From: Octopus sinensis
Taxonomy: Eukaryota
Length of the DNA: 64,000 nt
Direction: 5' to 3'
Assembly (NCBI RefSeq): GCF_006345805.1
Contig: NC_042999.1
Span: forward strand, 145,514,001 to 145,578,000
Shown: piece after piece, positions 39,751 to 55,567 of the stretch
Layout of the letters: the number at the start of each line of letters is the position of its first letter
Position numbering within the stretch: position 1 is the stretch's first letter
Notes under the pieces: generated by a model
Told to the model about the DNA's origin: nothing
The model's input: only the letters and a program-made list of their open reading frames with translations
Databases searched by the model: none
Position numbers and translations under genes: made by a program

Positions 39751-40092
39751 AATTCTTTTCAGCCCAATATCCTATTATTTATAGTCTTTTCTACTTTGAA
39801 TTCCAGCGTTACAAACTATAAGACACAAACATACACAAATGCAGACACACACACATACACACACACACACACACCACACACACACACAAACACACACACA
39901 CACACACACACATGCATACACACATACATGCAAAGTAAAGTATGAATGTGACTGCTAAGCAAGCATGCCTAGGTACAGTTTGTACGCTGTAGCCAATTGT
40001 ATTCACGATCAGTTGTAAACATCATCAACGTCCATGAAATTGTGAAGTTAATACCCTAGCATTTAGACCACGCACCTTTTGTGTGTTTGTGT

Positions 40093-40131
<39 letters not shown>

Positions 40132-40814
40132 TGTGTATGTATGTGTATTAATGTGTGCGTATTTCCATCGTGTTTTCTCCTTTAAAGTAAAAAACAGAAA
40201 GAGTAAGATAGTGGCTTGATAGATAGACACCGATTAAGACCCTTGGATTTAACGACCCGTGGATGACAGCAGGCAAATGATTGAAAATAGAACAAGCAGG
40301 AAAATAGAGACATAATCACTTAAGAATAGGTGTCCTCACTTTTTTGCAAAACAATTTATATAGAAAACACGAGAAGCAAAAGACAAGCTTATCATGAATC
40401 GATAAAGAGCTGTAATGGCGATGTATTATTTTCAAACTACCTTGAAAGTCACATTGATATATTGCAACAACAGACACTAATGTTACAGACTACGTTGTTT
40501 ACATTATCTAATTCTTAAAGAGAAGCAGGATCTTGGTGATTTTATCATCATTATTGCGACATAACTTTATGTCATTTGGAGTGATAGATTTAAATATGAA
40601 ACTGAAAAAAAAAATATTGACAAATACTTGTTATCTTCCTTAATTAAATTTGAACAAATTTCGTTACGTCGTTTTCATTGAGCAAGTTTCTTTATATAAC
40701 GAAGGCTAACCAGTGTTCTTTTCATAACAAATCAATTATTGCTGCCAATATTCACGATGTGCGTGACCACATTCTCCTATAGAATGAATACAATCAGTCA
40801 AAAGCGGTGGGTGT

Positions 40815-40869
<55 letters not shown>

Positions 40870-41588
40870 GTATTATGTTTGATAAACAAAATTATTGAAA
40901 AATGATGGCATTCAATAAAGGTATTGAGTAAATGTATTTGTATTTCTTAATAAAACTAGTAAACACACCTTGTAGGTCACCATGGATATCGTAATTTCAC
41001 ATCGCTTTTCAGACAATCAGTCTCTATTTTTTGTGCCAATTGAACAAATTCTGAAATAATACACATATTTTACGTTCGAGTTTCGGAAGTTGACTTCACC
41101 TCCACATAATCCAACCTAGAAATGATACAGAATCGTTACATAGGCATCAGTGAAAGAAAGTTTAAAAATTAACTTTAAAATCATACATTTTTGCATAAAC
41201 TCCACATAAAACGAACATAGCAAAATTCACCATTTTCAACTGAAACGAGAAAAGAATTGCTTATCCATGAGTATAATGTATAAGTAGCGCTCGGCGAAGC
41301 AAAGATATTTATTTCATAGATGAGATTCAGATACTTTCCGTATAGAACACATTTTGTAGTACTCAAGTGGTTTAAACTTAAGTGGGCACAGAAATAAATG
41401 TAGGAATAAGTAGAGATATAGGGAATCAAAGGATTTGCATGCATTCAGTATACTTTATATATTTTATCTGTCTAACTTGCTTATCACTACATTTACCTCT
41501 ATATCCGCTCAATTTTAAATATCTTGAGCACTACAAAGTGTATTCTATACGGACAGTATGTGGATCTCATTTATGAACTATACACACA

Positions 41589-41619
<31 letters not shown>

Positions 41620-42159
41620 CATGTATGTATGCGTGCGTGTGTGTGCGTGTCTTAATCGTCTATAGACGAATTTATAGTACCCTCATGTCATAAAATAGTA
41701 TCAGCTGGATGCAAGACCTCGATGAACGGTTTCAATTTGAGATATTCCATTCTCCTGATAGACTGTCTTCACTACGACATCATCTACATTTGACTATATA
41801 GGATGACAGTTGATTCTCCTGAGTTCCTCCACTCTCTGATGAGTCTTCCTTTTAATCACGTCGGGGGTCCAAAAATCACCGTGCTCTACATGCAATCTTG
41901 GTGGCCTTGCTGACTTAGTCTACGGCGAACCGACTATGCAACAGGCTATTATGGGTTACTTGCTAGATGTAGCACAGGTATTTAGTGAGATAAACACGTC
42001 ATGGAATTAAGATTATATTTAACAAGATATTCGTATACATAACAATTGGCTTACTTTTCACTAGGTTTACAGAATACCTCTTATAGTCTTGCTTAACTTT
42101 ATAGTGTAGAAGAACAAAAATATTTATTACATACTTATGGATCAATCTGAAAGTCATTA

Positions 42160-42805
42160 CAATTTATTGCATTATATTGATTTTTCTCAGAAAAGCAGAT
42201 TTGGCAATATCATGAGGTTTCGTATCTTCATTTATTTTCCTGCTGGTTTCTCTCTATTGTTTTGTTTGCTTCTTAACTCCTAATAGCTTCTATCCTATCC
42301 CCAAATACTTTGTTCTTCTATTTTGTGTGCATGTCTCTCTGCTACCCCCATTTCCTTCACGTAGTCTCTCCCTTTATTTCCTCTCTCGATCAATCTTACC
42401 GTCTCTTCTTCATGTCTCCATTAACTATCAATGTCCTCTGCGACGGCTTTTCGATATGTCGCAATCCAACATATCGAAAAGGAGTCGCAGAGGGTGAATG
42501 AATTACAGAATTACGTAGGTAGTTGATGGAAATGTGAAGAACGAGACAGTGAGATTGTTCTAGAGAGAATGAGATAAAGAGGCTCAGCGAAATAAAATAT
42601 GAGTGGCAGAGACACACAGACAAAATGAAAGAACAAAATATTTCTGGTGTGGAATAGAAACTATCAGGAGTTAAGAAACAAAAAAAAAAAAAACAAAAAA
42701 ACCAGAGAAACCAGCAAATAGATGAAGTGAAACCTCATAATATGGCCAGATCAGTTACTGTTATATGAAGAGAAAAATCAATATAATGCAATAGATTTTA
42801 TTGAC
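42160..42805. repeat. Foldback palindrome (probable MITE), centre ~42464
   Basis: Left half is the reverse complement of the right half along its length; central hairpin at 42435-42493. Confidence 0.85.
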
Positions 42806-43889
42806 ATTTACCGATCAGATGAAATACGAAATAAATATTTTTGTTCTACATTATTAAGTTAAACATGATACGTAGACCTTGTGAAAAATAAATCAACACT
42901 TGCTTTGTATACAAATATCCTGTAACTTACAAATTCCATGACATATATGTATCTTACAAATATGTTCTGCTTATTAGACAGAAAAAACGATGTGTTGTGG
43001 CCTCGAAGCTGTAGATACACTAAGAATTTGTGAGATTACATAATTACATTTTCCACAAGGTACAAGTCCTTGCAGTTTTAATGAAGAGAGAATAAGTTGA
43101 TTAAATTTATTCGTGGTCCTTCCATTTGTTCAAAGCAGCTAGCAAATCTCCGTCAAATTATAAGATTGGGTGCGTATTAGTTAATGTTGTTTTAGGTTCA
43201 TTTTTCATGAAAAATGAAGATGGACTGGTCAGGAGGTGAACACCTCAGTCATAGGTCTGTTTCATTAGCGCTTACCCAACAATAATAACAGTAACAGCAA
43301 CGACTGGTAGTGAATCAATCGGCCCAAATGGGCTGAAAATCTGAAGTTTTACATAACACGTAAAAGTGTCCAACGAAGCAAATCAAAAGTTTTAACCGGG
43401 TGTATTGCTCTTTCTGTTTCTAAATATTTTGTAACAAAGGTATATATCTGTAAGGAAACATATTAGCACATCGAATACATCCCAGTCCATAAACAGAGAC
43501 TGACATCATGCACCACCCAGAGAGACTGAAATGCCAAATCTGCAGGAATCGAACTGGTAATCTTTTAAGACAAACATTAAACATCAGTTATTGCTGTGTT
43601 TAGCCCCAGATCGTCTATGATCATAGAGCTCAGTGAGAAGCAAGTGTACAAGTATGAATGTCATAGTTTTCATATAAAACAGGATGCGGTGTGAGGGAGG
43701 TTTGTCTGGTATATTGTGTAGGTCACCAGAGCAAATAGAAGTAGATTTGCTGATTCGGAACATTATCAGTAATTTTGTTGCCAAAACTAACGTTTCAGAC
43801 ATCGCGAAAAGTGACGAAAGTTAAAAACCTACAAATAACAACGGCAACAATAGCAATAATAATAATAATAATAATAAGCTTTCTACTAC

Positions 43890-44236
43890 AGACACAACTG
43901 AAATCTTATGTAGTAGGTGATACGCTATTACCCTAGTTCTCGATGGTCGTTATTTCATCGACCCCAAAGGTAATGTCGACCTCAGTGGCATTTGAACTCA
44001 GAACGTAAAGCCAGAAAAAATACTATGAAACATTTTTCCTATGAGGTAAAAATATTCTTTTCTGCTCTAGGCACAAGGCCCGAAATTTTGGGGAGGGGCC
44101 AGTCGATTAGATCCACCCCGGTACGCAACTGGTGCTTAATTTATCGACTCCGAAAGGATGAAAGGCAAAAGACAGACGAAACGTCGCTAAGCATTTCGCC
44201 CGGCGTGCTAACGTTTCTGCCAGCTCACCGCCTTAT
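43890..44236 (-). mobile_element. Two SINE family A copies
   Basis: gtcgacctcagtggcatttgaactcagaacg and ttatcgactccgaaaggatgaaaggc...gccagctcaccgcc. Confidence 0.8.
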
Positions 44237-44858
44237 GTGGTAACAACAATATTGTCAACCCGCCGCCTTAAAAACAACAATAATAATATGAACAAGTATC
44301 ATTATAGTTATTGATTGATTTTATTTTGAATTGGAATTGAAATCTATTTTTCTATGCTTTGAAAGTATCATTAAGCTTTTATTTTCTCTTGCAGTTATCA
44401 TACAAAGTGCACTAGGAATTGGTATGTATACACTTCAAGTTGTGAGAAATATGTTTCATGTTCAATTGTCACTTTTAATGTTGCCGTTATTCACAATTGA
44501 CTGTGTGTCTGTTGACATTTGCTTTCAGGACTTCATATTAAACTTTTGTCTCCCTCAATATGTGTGTTTGTGTCTACGCATGCTCACGCACACACTCACA
44601 CACACATACACACACAGAGGTACGCACACACTTACACACAACACAAACGTATATATATATACGTACACATACATACATCACACGTACGGGAAAACCTACT
44701 TTTTTCTATCGCGGGGTTATATGTCCCACTATTAAACTATTTTCTTTAGTCATTGCGCGGTGATGGCTTTGAAGCTTTAAGCTTATAAAATAATATTATT
44801 ATTATTTACAGAATTGTAAAAATTCACGCTACTTAACAGAAAACAAAAACCATATATA

Positions 44859-46240
<1,382 letters not shown>

Positions 46241-46526
46241 TGTAACTGTGTGTGTAAGCATATGTGTATGGAGTTTCATTAGGCTGACACAGTGATTTAA
46301 AAGACGTGTGTAAAAGATGATAGATTTTTATAGCATAGTTTTCTGTTACTAAATATGTTTTTGTTACACACGCACAACACCTCCCACACGCACGAACGCA
46401 CATAGACTCGCTTGATGAGGCATAGGGTTAAAGATCTAAATAGCAAATTTTGTTGCTGTTTCTTATATATCATCAATGGACCACCGCATCATCATTCCAT
46501 AAAACGTTCATGGGGATAAAAATATT

Positions 46527-46758
46527 GATTTCTTTATTGCCCACAGGGGGCTAAACATAGAGGGGACAAACAAGGACAGACAAAGGGATTAAGTCGATTA
46601 CTTCGACCCCAGTGCTTAACTGGTACTTATTTAATTGACCTCGAAAGGATGAAAGGCAAAGTCGACCTCGGCAGAATTTGAACTCAGAACGTAACGGTAG
46701 ACGAAATACCGCTAAGCATTTCGCCCAGTGTGCTAACGATTCTACCAGCTCGCCGCCC
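46527..46758 (-). mobile_element. SINE family A, intact, with 16-bp TSD
   Basis: tggggataaaaatatt at both 46511-46526 and 46759-46774. Confidence 0.92.
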
Positions 46759-47158
46759 TGGGGATAAAAATATTAAAAGCATCATTACATGTCAGAATCA
46801 CAAAGAAACGAGGAAAGTATCAGGTGGACATGGGATGTGCAAGAAAAAGGAGTCTAAATTTTAGGATTTATGTGTGTGTGTGTTGGGTGGGGGATACATA
46901 GTAAGAAAAGCTTTAAAATTCACTATTTGTTTTTAAATTACCTTTCGTTTTCTGTTTGAAGATAAAGGAAGATCACCGATTTCCAAACTTTCTTAACCTT
47001 CAAAGCTTCTCCCGTCGTTTTAAGTGCTGCAAGAAAAAGTTGGCCAGAATCGGATTTGAGTGGAGGAGTAGTGTTTGAAAAATTTAATAGATTTTCATGT
47101 TCTTTTTTTGTTTTACCGAGAAGGTGTCTCCCACTGTTTATAAGTGCGTAGTGCAATG

Positions 47159-47238
<80 letters not shown>

Positions 47239-48426
47239 CGTAAAAAATTGGTCTGGAAAGGTGCAGGGAATTCACAAATTTTCAAAAAGCTTCCCTCGTT
47301 ATTTGCAAGGGTGTGGTGAAAAACAAATGTGAAAATCCCCATCAAAACATCCTTGATTTTTCACCTTGTCACTACTAAAATTATTGTAAGGACTATTTAA
47401 TTGATTTAGTTGTCTCTGTATATTTTAGTTTTGTATTGTCTATTTAAACATTATTAACCATATTTTTGATCGATATTACAATCAGCGTCAGTTGGTTCAC
47501 ATTAGATATACCAGGAATAGAATACAGTAAAGCAGCAAACCATTTAACTTCGCAGATAATAGTATCTAGTTCGTGTGAAACAAACGAAATGTATAAATTT
47601 CTTTACATATTTGTTTAGATAGATATACTTTAAAACCTAAACACGGCATGCACTTTTAGCAGTCTTAAGTAATTTCATTTTTGAGCAGACTCAGTAGTTT
47701 CATCACTATCACCGAATTAAAGTCCTATTCCTAAAATGTCTACAACTTCAATTATTCATCACGGAAGTGCTTTTTAATACAGTTCTATGTCTCTTTATAC
47801 ATTGGGAGTCGACACGTGTACGTATATTTTTTTGTGCATCAGTTCATGTTTATGTATGAAACCTTTTCACTATTTCCATCTAATAGATTGTTTGCCTTTT
47901 CCAGTTATTCAACTTCCTCTAAACTATGATAAAAAGTAAAAGTCATCACCTTGCATGACAATCAGAATAGGTTGTATTTGCTTTCTCGATAGCATAATCT
48001 CTTGAGTGTTGCAGGTTTTGTAGACATACGAACATGTGTGGATATTAAACCATTAACACTGCCGAGGTTTCTTTTTATTATCACTGATCGAAGAGTCATT
48101 GTCATTGGATATCCAATGTCCACTTCTAGGACGATCTATATGATTTGACCATCCACATAAATTGATTCGGATATTTCAGTGGTTTCGTAGTTAATGTACA
48201 CTGGCAGTGGTGAGCGCCTTCTCAGCATAATATTTTATGGCTTCTATATTCTCAGTTTCGGCTTTCATACACACATCCCCTTCAATTTCATAATATTGTA
48301 GATGGTCTTGATTTCAGATATTAGTCCATCTATTCGTTTTTTCTCTCTCACTGTTCCCCCTCTACTGGTCAGTCCTACCTGCATTAGGGAAAGATTGCGA
48401 GAAACAAATTTAAAGCAAGTAGTTTA

Positions 48427-50246
48427 CATAAATACACATCTTATGACCAGTGAAAAAACTGCCGAAATGAATTCCTTGCAGACCGATATATTCGACTATT
48501 TTTCATTATAGATTCTTTATTAGCAAATAGAAAAAGATATATGAAAACCTATACTTGCCCATCTATACTTACTGCGAGTATACTCTGCGATGACATCTCT
48601 CACGCCGGACTTCTTTCTGATGATGTTGCTATTTATGTGCTCTCTCAACGAGATACCAAGCATTGACTATTCCATGGCTCTTTGAGCCGTTATCAGTCTT
48701 TGCTCTTCTCTCTTTGTGGTAGCCCATGTTTCACTACCATATAACATTGCAGGCAGAACTGCACTGTTAATGAGGTTGGCGCGGGTGGTCCTGTCCAACC
48801 TTCCCTTGAGCACATCCCTTATGCCATTGAACGCCTTCCATCCGGCCCTTACTCTCCGTGAGATCTCCTTTTTGATATCCCGGCACATATTTACTTCCTG
48901 TCCCAGGTAGACATAAACTCTCACCTCCCCTATTTCATCACTGCCGATCACCATTCGACCTTTTGGTACGTTGTATGACCGCATGAACTTTGTTTTCATG
49001 CGGTTCATCTTGAGACCTACTGCAGAACTTTTGATGTCGAGCTCCGTCAACATGGTCTGAAGCTGATCCATGTTTTCAGCGATGAGTACGATTTCGTCAG
49101 CGAAACGGAGGTGAGTGAGGAGCTCGCCATTGATGTTGACACCACCTTGCCATTCAATGCCTCTGATGATCTGTTATAGATAGGCTGGACACGTCGCCCG
49201 GCTCACCGATAATCGGTGGACGCACGCAGTTGCCGAGTGGTACCCGCGTGAGCGGAAAAGACCACCCGGAAGACCTCCACGACGGTGGAGTGATGATTTC
49301 AAGAGGACGATTGGGATCACGTGGATGAGAAAGGCGCGATCCAGAGAGGAGTGGACAGCGTGCTGTGACCAGCGGTGTCAAATGGACGCCTGACGGACTG
49401 GTCGGTCAAAGTGATCAAAGTGATATGAAAACCTAAAGAAATGTTTAACATTTATGCACAAAATATGCATAGTATGAAAACTAACAATATTTTACCTGGT
49501 CAAAAGTGTAAGACTATGACAAATAACAGACGAAAACAATGAATAAATAGTTAACGAGGGGGGGTTAATAGTTCGTAGCTCCTAACTATTGCTGCGAATA
49601 ACTTTAAAAACTCACTGTGGCGTACTCAACACAAGCGTTTGCAGGAGGTTGTCTGGGATGCTACATCAGGAGTTGATGACTACCAGGCGAAGTACATCTA
49701 CAGCTTCAAATTGCGTTCCACTTTTGAAAACGTCTCTTGCCATCCATCCTCAATGATTTTCGATGGGGTTTAGGAGAACATGGCGGATGACCTAAAAGAT
49801 GAACGTTCTTTTTTCCCGAAGAAATCCTTTGGACTGCGAGCATTATGGATTGTAGCATTATCCTGTTGATAAATCCACCCTTCTCTACACAAACGAGGGC
49901 CTTAATTGAAATGTGATGCTCGCTCCAACTTGCCAACACAGCCAGCTGCTGTTTGACGCCCCTGCACAACCTGAGGTTCCATAGTTCCTCTGTACGAGAA
50001 AGCACCCCACACCATGATAGAGTATCCACCACTGTGCCTCGTTGAAAAAGTCTCCGATGGAATATCTTTTGTATACTAATATCTTTGGAAACCATCAGGA
50101 CAATCAAGGTTGAATTTCTTCTCATATGAGAATAAAACCTTCTTTCAGTTGTGTACGTCCCAGGTTTGGTGATTCTGAATAAATTCTAAACGAGTAATTT
50201 TGAGGCGTGGAAGAAGACGGGTCTCTGAAGACGTTTTAGATTTTTA

Positions 50247-50320
<74 letters not shown>

Positions 50321-50927
50321 GTCGTCTTATCGTTCTTGAGTTGCACTCCACATCCGTAGGTGCCTTAATCTGGTTTGATGATCGACGAGTGTCATTCCTA
50401 AGTTCTTGTCGAATCCTTCTAATCAATTCTAGTGAATTTTTCTTTGGCTGGTCTGTCGATTTTTTTCGATTCATATGTCTCAGGGTCTTTTAAGAAGTTC
50501 GCAATGGCGGTTTTACGGCGACCAATTTCACTGGAGATATCACGTTGAGAGAGACCTTGCTTCTGGAGCTCTACAATTCTACCACGTTCAAAATTCGTCA
50601 ATATTTTAGTTTTGTCCATTGTTGTTGTTCTGAAATAGACAGGGTGTTGCTGACATAGAGATAGCTTGAACATAAATACCAGAATTTTTATAGTTTATAA
50701 CAGACTTTTTATTTGTAATGGTCTTAAATTTTAGACCAGTCGAAATACTGATCGTTTTCGTACAATGCATATTTTCTGCATTAAATGTTAAACATCTCAT
50801 AGATTTTTGTATATCATTTTCTATTTGCCAATTATGAATCTATAATGAAAAATAGTTGAATATATCAGTCTGCAAGAAGTTCATTTCGGTAGTTTTTTCA
50901 CTGGTTTTAAGGGTTTGTCTAGTAGTG
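48427..50927 (-). mobile_element. Tc3-like Tc1/mariner with ~220-bp TIRs; decayed transposase at ~50619-49570
   Basis: MDKTKILTNFERGRIVELQKQG (HTH), VLFS.EKKFNL, IMVWGAFS, QQDNA.IH, PPCSP; the left TIR (split by an RTE) matches the reverse complement of 50700-50927; TA flanks. Confidence 0.9.
48552..49422. mobile_element. RTE-clade LINE, 5'-truncated, with internal inversion and 13-bp TSD
   Basis: Minus 49171-48552: LTHLRFADEIVL...YVYLGQ...LYGSETW...SKYRWA; plus 49174-49422: YR(W)AGHVARLTD.RW...GRPPRRW, tail (caaagtgat)2; TSD atatgaaaaccta at 48539-48551 and 49423-49435. Confidence 0.92.
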
Positions 50928-51584
50928 TATATACGTGAACTACTGCAGAAAGCCAAGATAGTGCGATACACAGTATGATTTGCAAAGACATCTCCTAAAC
51001 CAGTAGTTTCAGAATGTAGTGTACGATAAAGATTGCAGGAAATATATTCCGGTTTGATTTTCAGCCAAATATCTGGAAGTGAAAATGATTGTAATATAAC
51101 AAAAAAAAAAGCAATGGAAAGATTTAGATATTTGTTAGGACAAACGCATGTCGAGTCACTTCATTTCACAGCTAGTCTCTTATGAAACCAAAATAAGTAT
51201 TATGTTTTGTTGTAACAAGAGATTTTTAGATATAGTAATAAATGAGCATTTAAGAACATCTAACTTATCCGACGAAGGTGTAAAAAAGGAGTATGCGATG
51301 CTACACATACAACAGATTTTGTATTTGGTTCGCAAGATTCTTTATATGACTTTTGTTGTGTGTAGGGAGAATCATTACGCCAATAGTTTTCATTATGGTG
51401 TTTGTAGCATATTTGGAGTTAACTATTTCGGTTATAAATTTATTGTAATGAATCTATTATGAATTTAATACAAAGTAATAGAAAAATAGATTGAAAAGTC
51501 TATTAATCACCACTCGAGAAAAATGAAGCACTCCAGCCTATTTACGTTTTGCTGTTAATTTTGTCATTGTAAATTGAGTGAAAG

Positions 51585-51804
51585 CACGAAGGGGTGCTGA
51601 AAAGTTCCTAGATTTAGGGTATAACGAAAGGCCTGGTTGGAGGTCCAACCTTCCGAGTTTTTTTACAGGGCCCAGAAAAACTGAAGGAACCCTGCAATGG
51701 ATGAGTGAATCGGAGGAGGGGAGACGTTAAATAAAATCATAATTAACTGATCTTCCAGTATTTTCTTTTACCCAAAGCCATGAAGTTTTCAGCTCGCCCT
51801 CGTA
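51585..51804 (+). mobile_element. mariner-derived MITE
   Basis: Ends cacgaaggggtgctgaaaagttc / gaagttttcagctcgccctcgta; the interior resembles the mariner C-terminus. Confidence 0.75.
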
Positions 51805-54540
51805 TATTAGATCTGGGAAGCATTCCAAGTATTCGTTGACTTTGAAGTACGCAGTACAGGTCGTACTTTTCTAGTAAGAGAACATGTGCACTGAATCAAA
51901 AATTTAATTCATAGCCCTTGAAAATGCAGGGTCCGTGAAATGTTACACTTGCTAGTAGGTTAATTAGGTTTCCAGCGTAAGATAACTTGCTTCGGTATTT
52001 AGTTTCGTCTCTTTATATTCTTCGTTCATTTCCATCTGATAAAATAAAAACCAGGCAAAAACTGTGGCCAATTTAATTCGTCTACCTACGCATCCGAAAA
52101 GAAAGAATAACATTGTGTATATTGTGTATATGCTTGAGATCCATATATTAAACTAATTGGTTGGCTTTTTTCGTTATTGGTAATTTTACCACCGCTGCTA
52201 TACATGACAATTTCCAGAACCAAGTGCCTAGTCTCAAGTGCTTTTACCACTTCACTTATAGATAAGCCGTGAAGGAAAGATAATCAATACGTTTGCAGTA
52301 TCCATATGTATATATGAATAGATATACATACATACATACATACATACATACATACATACATACAACTAGCAATTTTTATAATATAGGGTAACATCAATAA
52401 TAATTTTACCAGGGAGTCAGTACGGAAATAAAAACCTTTTAGGTAGATATTACAAGTTATTTTATAATTACATACATAATTATAACAATGGGTCAGCTTT
52501 ATCCTTTGCCACGTACTGATTAGAAATAGACGCTAAAGTATTTTTACTACCATAAAATCTCCGAGAAATAACACACTTTTAATGTAAGCAAAATAAAAAT
52601 GATGAATCAACAAGGCCGGTCAATTATGAAATCGTTTCGAACTTAGAGTAAAACAGGTTTCTGTTTCTCATTAGCATAATATTCCACATAAATTCACGAG
52701 TATTTTAAAAATATGCTCGTGATCAAACGACATCGAATGACAGATATATATCCACACTCGTAAAAATATGCTGCCGTGTACAATTCATACCCATCTTACT
52801 TCAGAAACCCTGCAGGATGACGAAGTCTAACTTGAGCGTATGACACCAACACATATCTATGCACGTCTATACATATATAGACTCTTACATATACCACACG
52901 CACACAACATTTACTCACCCACTCATTCACTCGCAAAGAACAAAAAGAAAATGGAGATTGGTAAGTTAATTGTTTATTATTAACAGCAAATTAATCATCA
53001 TCCCTTACAGCTGTTTCAATTAATACTCAGTAAAAATTAAGTAAACATTAAATTCATATGACGTGAGCATATCTTCAGAGGGAAAAAATATTCCCTTGGA
53101 TGTTTTATATGTGTTTATGAATTCATTATAGCAGATTGAAGGATTATATATATATATATATATATATATTTATGATAGTATAATATATCTATATTTGTGT
53201 ATATGTGGGTTATCTATATTTCGTGTATGTCTTTTTGTGTGAGTGTGTGGTTATGTATATAACCACACACAGAAAATCGAGGCAGTGTATCAAAGAAAGC
53301 CCATTCAAATCAGCCAACTGTTATTCCAAGTGCTCATTATAATACAGAAAAATAATTTATCTGCATCTGGGATGTAAAGGGTAAATTAACATTTTATATA
53401 GCATACATCATTCTCTTGCAATATTAACTGTAGGAAGAAAGAGTCAAATTTTTGTACGATTCTGCGTTTGTTATATTATTAAATATAGGTCTACTGAAGT
53501 GCTTGTGTAGTTTCTTAGTAGCAATAATTTTCTCCTAAGTCAAGTTAACATCGTTTGAAGTATGTGGATAGTCTTCGGTCAATATTTTTGGCGAATGCAA
53601 ATAACTTCCTTTAAAAGAACGGATTTGACTAAGTATTGATGTTTTCAAGATGTTTTTCAAGCGACTTTCATTCAATTTGCTAAAAATAACTTTAAAAAAA
53701 AACCGTTATACGATTTACATAATCTTTTTAGTTGCCAAAGCAAATGATCGTTTGACTTGGCTGCAAGGATTCCTATTATAAAATTTTAATTCTTACTAGT
53801 CAGATTCTGAAATGAAAATTACTGCTGTTATATTTTCGCCCGAGTAAACTGAATACCTAATGATCAGGTTCATTTCAAGTAATCGTGGGAATACTCATAA
53901 ATGTTTTTCTACTAAGATGCTTCCAAATTAGTTGCAAGATTATTTCCATAGTTCCTGCAAGAATTATGTTTATCTGGTATTATATAGGTTGATAGGAATT
54001 GCCAGGATTTGCCAGAAAGCAAGTTTCCGCTTACTTTATTTTTTTTTAACTGTTATAATAGGATAGATCTCCACGTTTGATGAGTAGCAATTCAATAAAA
54101 TTGCTAATGCACGTGAGATACTTCGGTTTATCTAATTTCTAATCCTGAACAAACATTGTATTTAACTGGAGATAAAAATTACTTAAATATGAGGAGTTTC
54201 TGAACGAGATAGTTTTTAGTTATATGCGTACACTAATACACAAGATTCGCACGAACACACACACACACACACACACACATTCTCTCTCTCTCTCTCTTCC
54301 TCCCTCCCTCCCTCCCTCCCTCACCCACTCACTCAAAATGAACACATATTTCGTATGGAAAGAAGAATGTACTTGTTAAATACTAATTAACTACAAAATC
54401 AAAATACTAAACCGTATCATGTTTTCTGACAAAAAGTGTATAAATTACCAACAGAAGCATTGTGATAGTCAGAGCTGTTTTAGAGATGATATCTCTTGCT
54501 CTACTGTAGTGAGTTAGAAGGTTATACACACATACAAACA

Positions 54541-54790
54541 GGCACACACAGAGGCACGCAGGCACACACAGAGGCACGCAGGCACACACAGAGGCACGCA
54601 GGCACACACAGAGGCACGCAGGCACACACAGAGGCACGCAGGCACACAGAGGCACGCAGGCACACACAGAGGCACGCAGGCACACAGAGAGGCACGCAGG
54701 CACACACAGAGGCACGCAGGCACACACAGAGGCACGCAGGCACACACAGAGTCACGCAGGCACACACAGAGGCACGCAGGCACACACACT
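54541..54790. repeat. 20-bp minisatellite (ggcacacacagaggcacgca), ~12 copies
   Basis: Direct reading; one unit lacks 2 bp. Confidence 0.95.
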
Positions 54791-55412
54791 CTCTCCCTTC
54801 CTCTCTCTCTCGCTCACACTCACACATGCATACGCATAAACCATATATGTTTGGACAGTGACGCTTTAGTTACTAACCTTTTAGATGCTCCACTGGGTGC
54901 TTGCAAAATACATGTGACCTGAGTATGAAGACGCGTTAGACATTAAGTATTACAAACTACTTCAGCACGAACAGAGATCTGTTAGAATATGTGCGAAATA
55001 TATGGAAGTAGAGAGAGACATAAATTTCATCTTGATAGATTTTAAGCTTTTAAGCCTTTAAAGCTTCAGCCAGCATCTTTTGATCTGACAGAAAAAAAGT
55101 GTACATTACACATGATTAGAAGAAGTAAAGAGATTCTTCAGAAAAAATCTAAATAAAGAAATAGGTAGAATGCAAAAACACACGATACACATAAACATGA
55201 AGGATATACATACATACATGCATAAGTACTTATATGAATATATATATACGTACATACATATATGCGCACATACATATATACATTCATATAATACACACAT
55301 AGACGCACAAAGAAACTCGAGTTTCTTTACAACTTTGAGAAATCATTTCTCTTTACATCTGTTGAGCAATCCTTTCTCATTCATTCCACAAAAAACTGCT
55401 TCTATCTATCTT

Positions 55413-55567
<155 letters not shown>

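Noticed and set aside
40330-40518. 62-aa ORF with an RSKR furin-like site
   Set aside because: Short, no signal peptide, no convincing splice context.
41700-41990. Possible RTE 3' remnant and ctgatgag motif
   Set aside because: Too degraded; no GAAA partner, so not called as a hammerhead.
47980-48380. Minus-strand acceptor at ~48378 and protein-like stretch YYEIEGDVCMKAETE
   Set aside because: Stops in all frames near the acceptor; no family recognised.
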